Origin: Mytilus edulis
Taxonomy: Eukaryota
DNA: 64,000 nucleotides
Direction of reading: 5' to 3'
NCBI RefSeq assembly: GCF_963676685.1
Contig: NC_092351.1
Coordinates: 59,768,001-59,832,000 of the forward strand
The notes beneath the pieces are model-generated. The model did no database searches. It was not told the origin of the DNA and saw only the letters and a program-made list of their open reading frames with translations. Below are positions 53,251 through 64,000 of the stretch, piece after piece; positions within the stretch are counted from its first letter, which is position 1; each line of letters opens with the position of its first letter. The position numbers and the translations under genes are program-made.

Positions 53251-54940
53251 TCTCTATATTACATCCCTCTTTTTAAACACTTCATCTTCTAAATCTGCGC
53301 ACAATTTTATTATGAGAAAAATGGTTTTATATGTGAAGTTTTATCAGTACTATGTATGATTGTAAGTATTTAACATCCTTAGACAGACTGTTTCACAGTA
53401 GGTATATATAGTTTTTCGAGTATATATGACTTCGTTTTTCCGAGTAAAGATGATTAAACATGTAAACAAACAGAGATCATTTTTGTAAGACTTGAAATAG
53501 ATGCATAAACCTTATATGCAAGACCATATAAGGTCAGTTACTATTGATGATAAAAATACATCACCTTTAAAATCTATATATCCTTAGATATACAGTCACT
53601 TTATAAAGATTCTTGTTATTGCATTGAGGAGGACATTTGTTGGAATAAATTCATTTTTATTTTTTATATGTCCGTGTTTTTTCGAGAGCAGTCAGTGTGT
53701 TTTTGTGCCGACAAGGTTTTGATCGAGAGATCAAATAAAAATTTCAATGGCTTAAGATGTAATATGTCAGTGAACTTTGTCTAGGGATCGGTAAATATAA
53801 GAATATAAACGTAGTTTAAGACTTGAACTTTCTATAAAAGTTTTGTGGTATATTACGATGTTGTAATTTGTATTTTGATTTGTCACTATATTATATATTT
53901 GCAACAACTGATATAGACATACATATCATATGTATGAGTGTATAATAATTTTTTGGTTTCAGTTTATCATAATAGATATAGGAAGATGTGGTGTGAGTGC
54001 CAATGAGAAAACTCTCCATCCAAATAACAATTTAAAAATTAAACCATTATAGGTTAAAGTACGGCCTTCAACACGGAGCCTTGGCTCACACCGAACAACA
54101 AGCTATAAAGGGCCCCAAAATTACTAGTGTAAAACCATTCAAACGGGAAAACCAACGGTCTAATCTATATAAACAAAACGAGAAACGAGAAACACGTATA
54201 TATTACATAAACAAACGACAACTACTGTACATCAGGCATCATAAACATGTTTAGTTTGTTTAAATGACAATACAGATTATTATTATATAAAATCTATTGT
54301 GAACTTTTTACTAGGACTAAAGTGTACTTGGAGAAAGGAGTAGGGGCGTTTAGACCCGGCTATGGTCCAATAAATTTAAGTTATTGGGATTTATTATATA
54401 TGGCACATAATGTTTGGAAAATATAAATGATTGACATGAAAATTGTTCGTGTAATTGCGTCATAATAACATCATAAAATGCACTGTTGTTATGAAAACAA
54501 AAAAAACTAGTTAAATGCAGTTTTCCATTAATATTTCCTTGAGGAAAAATTGTGCGCAGACAGGAAACAACAAAAAAATTGAAGTGAAGCTTTATTTCAA
54601 CCATTGACATATTCTTACTAAATTTAAAATTGTTTCTTGTATGTGCACATACTTTTCCAATCTTATATATACTTCAAAGTTGACGTAAAACAAGAAAAAT
54701 CGAGATATCTTACAAAAATATACACATTTTGTCATAGTTTTTTGCAATGGTAATTTGTTTAAAAATAAATTCGTTTTTATTTTCTGAACAACCTGACTTT
54801 AGTGTAATTTTGACAAGGTAAAGATAATGTATTGTATGTTTTAAATTTGTACTATACTTGGGCCAAGTGAGGGTCGTATTGCCCCTAATCCTTTAAACCT
54901 CGAATATAAAACACTCAGTAAAACGTAAACCGTATTAAAC

Positions 54941-55032
54941 AGGAGTTGATTTCACAAAAATACTTAAGACTAAGATTGATCGTAAGTCATGAACAATTCA
55001 GAATACTTACGACCAATCTTAGTGGTAAGTTT
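54941..55032. mobile_element. ~90-bp palindromic MITE
   Basis: GGAGTTGATTTCACAAAAA...TTTTTGTGAAATCGACTCC. Confidence 0.7.
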
Positions 55033-56439
55033 TTTTTTGTGAAATCGACTCCAGATGTCTGTCCCCAGGACAATAGATTAAAAACAAATTTGCCGTGAAG
55101 CGACAAGCTCGAGAGTAAAACTTAAAAAAACCAAAACTATATAACGATTTATAGAACTTAAATAAAACAGCCGATACGCCTGAAATTGACAAAATGTACT
55201 ACTTTAGCATGTTTTGTAACTTTATAGTTTCAAACTTGAACCATGCATTAATTGTCTTTGTAATTCCTTTTTTACTAAAAAAAAGCTTGATCAATCTGAA
55301 GGATTCTTCAGGATTCATACGAAAGAGGGTTTTTTAAACACTGAGATTAAAAATGATAAACTATCATAGATATTGGATTTCGGTAACAAAAGAATATTGA
55401 TTTGTTGCAGTTGTTGGTTCAGTGTGCGTTATTGATTTCCCATAGACTGTAATGGTAACATTTTCCTCTTTAGCATAGTTTATATCGTAAACTTGGATAT
55501 GAATAATGGCTCGTGTAGAAGCCGATATATGTAAACATATGTAGGTGTCGTCTGTTTATGTAATTCGTACGTGTTTTTGTTTCTCGTTTCTATATAGATT
55601 AGACCGTTGGTTTTCCAGTTTGAATGGTTTTACACTAGTAATTTTTGGGTCCCTTTATAGTTTGCTGTTCGTTGTGAGCCAAGGCTCCGTGTTGAAGGCC
55701 GTACCTTGACCTATAATGGTTTACTTTTATAAATTGTTATTTGGATGGAGAGTTTTCTCATTGGCACTCATACCACATCTTTCTATATCTATATGCGGTT
55801 GAATTTGCGGGTTACGAATTGTGATTTTTCCCGTAAAGAAGCTTACCCCAAAAATCCTTTCGTGATACGGCTCCTCGTGGTGAACAGTCCCATTTTTAAC
55901 ACAATCAGTTAATTGCAAATTTAATAAATTGAATATATTTTTTCTATGGTCCTCTCTTTTTTTTTCTAATCAACACAATATGTTAAACTCAATCACTTAA
56001 AAATAGAAACATATCTTATATTACTACAGAGAGATCTTTTGTTTACGCACCACTTTGGTTCCTCAATTTGAAACGCATTAGGGATATTGACCCAGTTACG
56101 GCTTCTGAGCTGTTTGGGACAATCTGAACGAGTTTAATTGTTGTTTTTTTAAGTGATATAATTTGGATTTAAATCTAATTTGGATATCATGATTGGTTTG
56201 ATATCTGTTGACAACAACTCAAGCTTAATTAAATGCAACAAATTTTGCAAAACTGATACAATTGCAAATTGCCAGTACAGCCCCCTGTATATTGTATTAT
56301 GGATTGCATCTATAAATAACTATGTTCACAATTACCTAAATAATACTCATGATTCACTAATCAATTACAAAATGTTATGCTTATATGAATCGACTGTTAT
56401 CATTTGATATAAATGGTCTGTTATTTCGTAATTTTTCAG

Positions 56440-59400
56440 ATGATTCACAAAAAACCTGTAGTTGTGGCTATCGAAATCGGAACAAATAAAATCGGGGCTG
56501 CTTATTGTGACAGAAGCGATTATGACCGATATATGAGTAACGGTGCAAGTAGTCTTAACTTAATGGTAGTGGCATTGGAAGGTCTACAGCCTGTTAGACT
56601 GGACTCGTGTGTCTTATTGGAACCAAATGGATCAGTCCATTCTATTGGATACCAAGCGTTATGCTACTATAACGAAAATGCCGAAAATTTAACTAACTGG
56701 TACCTTTTTGAAAACTTGGGAAAATCGCTTCACGGAGAAAAAGTTAGTACTTTTTAGTATATATATATTAAGTACTTTGTGTCTTTTTGTCTTTTTTATA
56801 AGATTTGATATTTTGATGCTAGTCGGTCTGATTAGTCAAACCCTTCCGAGCAGGTTTTACAATATGTTTTTTTTTTATTTTGTTACAACACTGTTTCAGG
56901 TCCATTGAGCTAATGTTATCTTTAAACGAACCATTTTTATCCTCTGAATCCCCTTGGTGAATTTGATATCTCACAATAATATATTAGGACACAAAAACGG
57001 GATATAAAAAGTCTCTGTTAACACATCACACTTTAAGGTGACTCGGGTGTCTTCCTCCATCTTTGATTTTGAAGAAGCAGATAACTTTGGTCTAGATATT
57101 TGATGAAATGTCCAAATGTTGAGAGTTGTATGTAATTTATGTAAAAGACTTTTGATAAGAATATAGAAAATTGTGTGTTTTATCATAATTACAGCTGTAA
57201 TTTCTCAAAAATACTTTGTGTTTGATCAGATTTTTTTTCAACTTTGCCAAATAAGGGGAGATAAATCAGATAAAGTAATTTTTATAATAGAAAGTGTTAT
57301 GAGTTTACCTATTTTGATATGTAGCAAGAAAACAAGTTCAGTGACCCCATTTTTTCTTTTTTTATCTGAAAGCATGTTATAAAAGCAATCTTCTCACATT
57401 TTATGTGAAAGTTCTGATAGTACGTTTTCTTTTTATCACACAAAATTTGATTTTCTATGCATGTTCCTAACATGAAGATCTCTACAAATCCAAGAAAGTA
57501 TTTGCAGTGTTTGCACTACAGCCGCCAATAGGACTTACTCTCTTGGTATATTTTTAAGTGACGTGTCTTTTGTCTAATTTTATGACATTGTCCAATTCAT
57601 GAATCATCAATACAAGTTATTATGTAACCCAAAAACGAATAATAATATAATTTGATTTACATTTTGAAACTAGACAAGGGATCAACAATATCTTTTTATA
57701 ATAGGATATCACAAAACTCAACACATAAAATTTTAACAAATATGGGATACTGATCAGTACGTTTGAGTCAGCATTCTTTTAACAAATCGTTATTGATGTA
57801 AAAATGACCATTTGTAGTAGGTTAATGACATGGGTATGTTTAATTATATTGTATAATATTTCAGCACAATGCTAAGAATGCTAAAGGAACTGAAATTTGG
57901 TACATTCTATGGGTTTTCTTCCATTGTACATGTTGTATTCCCTTAAAAATAAGCTAAAACAGACATTTTAGAGGTTTCAAACCAAGGTTTTAAAATTCCA
58001 TCACTTCTTATAGAATGAGTTATGGCAAACATTTGCAAAAGTTGTGAGGTGAAATTACTAATAATAATATATTTATCAATTAAGTTTTTGTGGTTATGTA
58101 AGTCAAAGTAAAAAATAGAACAGTCGTGTCGGCGCACTTTTCAACTTAGCATCTACTAATGAAGTTGATACACACTCATGCAATGGCAGAATTGTTGTTG
58201 TGGCATCATTTATTACCAAATGTTAACAATAGAGACCTAGTTTTTATTCCATTGGAACATATAGAGTGACAAAGCAACGAAACAATCAGACACCATCCCA
58301 ATTTCAAACATAGACATCATTGAAGGAGTTCAAACGAGTCGAACTAATAGGTATACAGTGGAGATCAGTTCTAACCTCTCATTAAATATGTCAGAATCTG
58401 TCAGGAGAACTGTTCTAGGACAGTACGTAGAACTGTCAGCCTGACACCTTTTAGTCAGTTCTAGGTTAGAACTGTTCAAGCTAGAACTGATTTGGTCAGT
58501 TCTAGCTAGAACTGATTTGGACAGTTCTACCTAGAACTGATCCTGACAGTTCTACCCTAGAACAGTTTTAGACAGTTCTACCTAGAACTGACCAAATCTT
58601 TTTTGGCACAACGTTTTGTAATTGTGGGTCCTCAATGCTCTTCAACTTTGTATTTATTTGGCTTTTTAACTATTTTGATCTGAGCGTCACTGATGAGTCT
58701 TATGTAGACGAAACGCGCGTCTGGCGTATAAAATTAAAATCCTGGTACTTTTGATAACTATTTACACCACTGGGTCGATGCCACTGCTGGTGGACGTTTC
58801 GTCCCCGAGGGTATCACCAGCCCAGTAGTCAGCACTTTGGTGTTGACATGAATATCAATTATATGGTCATTTTTATAAATTTTCTGTTCACAAAACCTTG
58901 AATTTTTCGAAAAACTAAGGATTTTCTTACCCCAGGAGTAGATAACCTTAGCCGTATTTGGCACAACTTTTTGTAATTTTGGGTCCTCAATGCTCTTCAA
59001 CTTTGTATTTATTTGGCTTTTTAACTATTTTGATCTGAGCGTCACTGATGAGTCTTATGTAGACGAAACGCGCGTCTGGCGTATAAAATTAAAATCCTGG
59101 TACTTTTGATAACTACTTCTACTAGAACAGTTCTACGGCTAGAATTGATTTATAATTTCTACGGCTAGAATTGATTTATAAATTCTACGGCTAGAATTGA
59201 TTTATAAATCCTACGGCTAAAATTGATTTATAAATTCTACAGCTAGAATTGATTTATAAGTTTTAAGAACTCTTTTACTAAATATAAAGGCTTCGACAAA
59301 ATAGCGATTAATATTATAAGGAGTTTTGCTATTTTGCCGGTTTTGATATGTGACTGTTCCAAGTCAGGAGTCTGTTATTCAGTGATTTTCTTTTGTTGAT

Positions 59401-62400
59401 GTGTTACATAAATTATTTGTTTTTCTTTCATTTTTTGAACATAAATTAGGCCGTTAATATGGGGGGGGGGGGGGGGGGTGGGGGGTGGCATTATTATTTC
59501 AATTGTTTTACATTTGTCATTCCGGGAGTCAGGATGGCTCGTTTTACATAACAAAATTATCTGACCTTAATGTAATACGTTGTTCCGGCGGATCCAGCAG
59601 TTTTAAAAGGGGGGTCCCAACCCAGTCCCAACCCAGGAAAAGGCGGTGGGGGGGTCCAACTATATGTCCTCATTCAAATGCATTGATCGTCCAAAAAAGG
59701 GGTTCCAACCCTCCCCCCTCCCTCCCCTCTGGATTTGCACTAAAATTATAGTACTAGCATGTCCTCTTTAAATTTAAAATATTGAATCTTAAACAAATGT
59801 GATATCTGTTTACGAGTAGTTTTCATACCTCGGATGGACCTGTTATACAAAAATCTTTTGACCGCATCAATCTAAACTGACCTTATTTGTTCTTTCTTCC
59901 TGCAAATCTATATAGCTGCAAAGTAATTCAGTTATAATTTTAGGTCAAGAGGGACTGTAATATACAAGTTACAGCAATATTGGAAAATAATGACCTCAAA
60001 ATTTTGTTCGCATGAATTTAAAGTGCCAGCATGTCCTCTTTTTATTCAAAGTATTGAATCGTAAACAAATATCAGTAGTTTTCATACTTCAGACTGAGTC
60101 GTGTTATAAAATCTTTTGAAGGCATCAATCTAAACTGACCTTATTTGCTCTTTCTTTCTGCAAATCTATATAGCTGCACAGTAATTCAGTTATAATTTTA
60201 GGTCAAAAGGGACTGTAATATACAAGTTACAGCAATATTGGAAAACAATGACCTCAAAATTTTGTTCGCATGAATTTAAAGTGTCAGCATGTCCTCTTTT
60301 TATTCAAAGTATTTAAACATAAACAAATATCAGTAGTTTCATACTTCAGACTGAGTCGTGTAATAAAATCTTTTGACCGTCATCAATCTAAACTGACCTT
60401 ATTTGCTCTTTTTTTCTGCAAATCTATATAGCTGCACAGTAATTCAGTTATAATTTTAGGTCAAAAGGGACTGTAATATACAAGTTACAGCAATATTGGA
60501 AAACAATGACCTCAAAATTTTGTTCGCATGAATTTATAATGCCAGCATATCCTCTTTTTATTCAAAGTATTGAATCGTAAACAAATATCAGTAGTTTTCA
60601 TACTTCAGACTGAGTCGTGTAATAAAATATTTTGACCGCATCAACCAAAACTGACCATATTTGCTCTTTTTTATGTTACTCTTATAGTTGCATAGTAAAT
60701 CTGTAATATTGTTATGTAAGGATGGATTGTATAATACAAATGATAGAAATATTGAAATACCTAATTTCTTTTGCATCAATTTAGAGTGTCAGCGTGTCCT
60801 CTTTTTAATCAAAATATTGCATCATAAACAAATATCAGTAGTTTTCATACCGAAGACAGACTGGTAAAACAAAATTATGTGTCTGCAGCAACCAAAACTG
60901 ACCATATTTACACTTTATTATGTAAATCTTAATATATAGATAATTTTATAGCTGCATAGTAAATCACTTATAAAATTGAGAAAGGAAATGGCGAAAGGTG
61001 TCAAAGCGACAACAAACCGACCATAGAGCAGACAACAACCAATCACGATGGATTGTATAATTCAAATGACAGCATGTCCTCTTTATATTCAAAATATTGA
61101 ATTGCTAACAAATTTCAGTAGTTTCGATATATCAGGCTGAGTTGTTTTAATAACAACATTATTTGACCGCATCAACCAAAACTGAACATATATACTTTAT
61201 CATGTAAATATATACATGTATGGCCTCATTGTAAACCAATAATATTTCTATGTCAGGACAGATATTGCATGATAAAGACGATACCAAATTTCGACATCGA
61301 TTTAGCGCGCCATTATTTCCTCTCTGTATCGATAATATTATTATTTAAGGAATGACTGTAATATTTTTCTGTCTATGAAGAAATAACATAAACAATTTGG
61401 TGCACACTGAATAACGTGAGTAGCGGGTTTTTTAACAGTGTGCATGCACCACATTTTTTTATGTTATTTCGAATAGACAGAAAAAAATCTTACAGTCATT
61501 TCTTATAATTTAATTCTAACTTCCATTTTAAACCTTGGCAAACCATGAAAAAACTTTGATGACGATACGGTCACATGACTAACTTTTTTCTATGGGCTGA
61601 TAACAAAATAACGTCAGCCAATCAGAAGACCCGTTACATCCAAAATTAAATTATTAAATAATGATCGTCACAAAAGTGACTTTTTAAGTCAGTATAGTCC
61701 ATGACGTTTGTTTTTTTTAAACAAAACTATTTAACGGCATCATCCAACACTCACATGACTGATTCATATACTTTATTTTAAAATGAAAAGTACATGGATG
61801 AGAACTTCTCTTCTTGGAATAATTTGAAGGAGGAAAATGATTGGTTTCGTTTGTAGCCTAACGGCCAGTGGCAAATGTTTCATTCATGTTCAGATCGAGT
61901 TTATTTTTCTGACGTTCCAGACTCCCAGATTATCTACGAGATAATGCAAATGTAGCTTACATAGTTTTTTTTACGTTTAACAACACTTTTTTCATTAATA
62001 TTCCATAATTCATCCACTGTATAGTTTTCGTTTGAACATTTGTCAAAACAGAATCTTAAATCATGAATGTAAATCCAAGGCAAACAAGGTAAATTAAGAT
62101 TAAAATTCCATGAATTAAATGCAGAGTTATTTAGGAAGAGACTGTTAAAAACGGGGAACGAAGAAACGTAAACAATGATGTTCATATGCAATCTTATAAA
62201 AATATTTCTCCGATGAGTTGGATAACCTTCTATCCACTTTGATATTTATACATGTAACTGTTGAACAGTAAATAATATAGAAAAATAATATTATATATAG
62301 GAAAGTAATTGGGACGGATTTTTTCTTCTAAATTCTAAAGTGCCCTTTCTGCAGTGACGTCATTTAGAACTGTTCTACAGTCCTGACTGATTTAGTCAGT

Positions 62401-63030
62401 TCTGCTTACAGTTCTACGGTTAGAACTGATTTGGACAGCTCTACCTAGAACAGTTTTAGACAGTTCTACCCTAGAACTGATCCTGACAGTTCTACCCAGA
62501 ACTGATGTAGTCAGTTCTACCTAGAACTGATCCTGACAGTTCTACCTAGAACAGTTCTAGGGTAGAAATGTTCTAGCTAGAACTGTTCTAGGACAGGTTA
62601 GAACAGTTCTATGACAGATTATTCTGACAGTTCTAATGAGAGGTTAGAAGTGATCTCCACTGTACTTCATTGTACTTTGAGGAAATATACACTTTTTACT
62701 CAATTCGATTAAATCTGATTTAATTTAGCAAAGCTTATTTGAACAACTTATATTGAAAATGTCTCTGATAAAAAAAAAAATATATAAATATTGCAGATAG
62801 AATTTACAAATGACACTTTGCTAGCAGAATCAAGGAGTTATACGGGATGTAAATTAAAGACAATGAAAGCTTTGGATGTTTTTGCAGCTCTTATTAGTTA
62901 CATCAAAGGAAAGGTTCCAATACAGTTACGGAGAACCGAAGAAATAAACATCAATATTGAGGACATTTATTGGGTGATTACCATACCAAAAATGACAGCA
63001 GAACAGTTCATTCGTGATGCTGTAACGAAG
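56440..63030 (+). CDS. HSPA12-type HSP70 nucleotide-binding-domain exons (56440-56742, 62797-63030); the gene continues beyond the window
   Basis: PVVVAIEIGT (divergent phosphate-1), SCVLL..HSIGYQA, WYLFE, MKALDVF and IYWVITIP..AEQFIRDA; AG/GT boundaries in phase 0. Confidence 0.8.
58600..59115 (+). ncRNA. Non-LTR retrozyme: ~1.45 tandem units with two type I hammerhead ribozymes (58685-58726 and 59040-59081)
   Basis: CGTCA-CTGATGA-GTCT(tatgt)AGAC-GAAA-C(gcgc)G-TC^TGGCG; predicted cleavage after 58721 and 59076, giving a 355-nt monomer. Confidence 0.9.
59131..59260 (+). repeat. 26-bp tandem repeat (TTCTACGGCTAGAATTGATTTATAAA) x5
   Basis: Seen directly in the sequence. Confidence 0.9.
59757..61260 (+). 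repeat. ~260-bp tandem satellite, ~6 copies of varying divergence
   Basis: GCATGTCCTCTTT-like anchor at ~59757, 60029, 60287, 60546, 60792 and 61072. Confidence 0.85.
61341..61655. mobile_element. Non-autonomous hairpin element (possibly Crypton-derived)
   Basis: Long internal inverted repeat at 61341-61510 (AATGACTGTAA..TTACAGTCATT) followed by a unique tail. Confidence 0.5.
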
Positions 63031-63700
63031 GTAAGGATCTTCAACTAACTCATAAAGTATAATATCTAGCAACTTTTGCGTTCGATTCCAATTTTAACTG
63101 ACTCGGAGTGTCAGTTTTCCTACCAAGGGGGTGCTTATTTCCAGACACGTCCTTGTTCTCATCCAATAAAAACTAACTGCAACAAAATAACCAATAGCGA
63201 TGAAGTTGGCGATATACACCAAGCAATCAATAAATCAATATCAATAAATATATCATGTGTTGTGTGCGTTGTTGTTATTTAATTTGAAAAGTCACGATTT
63301 ACACGAATGGAATTAAACCTTTTACTTGATGTTGTTCACTCAGGTACACCGTTTAGAACACCAAGCATTGTCAGGTTTCTATTGTCCCTCTGTTGTCCCT
63401 CTATTGTCACTCTAATGTCCATATGTATCAATATATTTCACTTCAATTATTACCTGTGGGGAAGTTTTCAATTCTCTTTCACAACTATGTTTATTTTGGC
63501 CTCTTCTCGATAAATAAAAAACAGTGCTCTGCAAAATCCAGTTAAGTTTGTTTTTTTAAAGAGTCAATGTATTTGAATTTTCTTTATATAGAGCATGCTA
63601 TGACTTCAACATTTGCCAGATACTCCGGTTTGTCTGTACTCATAGTAAATTTAAGGTGAAAATGCAGTCATTTCAGTCAGAGGATCCACACGAACCTTAA

Positions 63701-64000
63701 AGGAGCACTAGCTATGAGATATATAAAAAATCTAAAATAAGATTTTTTTGTTCAATCATTAATGAAAGCGAAATAGTGAAATACTAATTCGCTTTAAGCA
63801 ACAATTATGGCTCAATTTTGACAAAATAAACTAAGAAACATTAAAGATTAATTATTCACTTGCAAGTAAAAAATTAGACCTCATAAAATCCGTATTCATG
63901 TGAACTTCAATTTGACCGCTTAGCTAGAGATGGATAACGTATAAATCGTGCGTGATTAGTCTATTGAAGGTACAGAATGTCAACATTTAAAGTGAAAAAA
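63701..64000 (+). mobile_element. Left end of a TTAA-targeting DNA transposon (Kolobok-like)
   Basis: TTAA|AGGAGCACTAGCT terminus; runs off the window. Confidence 0.35.

Larger units (their letters stand above)
58356..62662. mobile_element. 4.3-kb non-autonomous TA-flanked TIR element (Tc1/mariner-like ends) with subterminal CTAGAACTG/CAGTTCTA arrays and nested insertions
   Basis: TA|CAGTGGAGATCAGTTCTAACCTCTCATTA ... TAATGAGAGGTTAGAAGTGATCTCCACTG|TA. Confidence 0.85.

Noticed and set aside
59461-59486. Poly-G tract as a functional G-quadruplex
   Set aside because: A homopolymer inside a repeat fragment; similar runs occur at 7222, 14962 and 16707, and their length is error-prone.

Overview
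AT-rich, intron-rich animal DNA. The repeat families and gene content point to a bivalve, most likely a Mytilus mussel; this is inferred from recognition, not from a search. From 5' to 3' the window contains six main blocks. (1) An intact 7-exon GH27 alpha-N-acetylgalactosaminidase/alpha-galactosidase gene (2715-10039) with an unusual substrate-recognition loop. (2) A BiP/HSPA5 paralogue ending in KEEL, interrupted at ~19463 by a >16.6 kb Mutator-like (MULE) element whose far end lies in an assembly gap (36087-36186). (3) Inside that element: a decayed multi-exon MULE/SWIM transposase on the minus strand; a convergent plus-strand gene built from tandemly duplicated 44+28 nt micro-exon pairs separated by a palindromic 30-bp minisatellite; and a nested, apparently intact Crypton tyrosine-recombinase transposon. 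(4) A cGAS-like receptor (Mab-21 NTase plus helical tail, minus strand, 42229-46734) with a 7-nt coding first exon and an ISRE-like site. (5) Head-to-head with it, a putative double B-box/coiled-coil + HSPA12-type HSP70 fusion gene (51516 to beyond 63030). (6) In an intron of that gene, a TA-flanked TIR element carrying a tandem type I hammerhead retrozyme with a 355-nt monomer. Many MITEs, HINE-like, SINE-like and Penelope-like fragments fill the rest.
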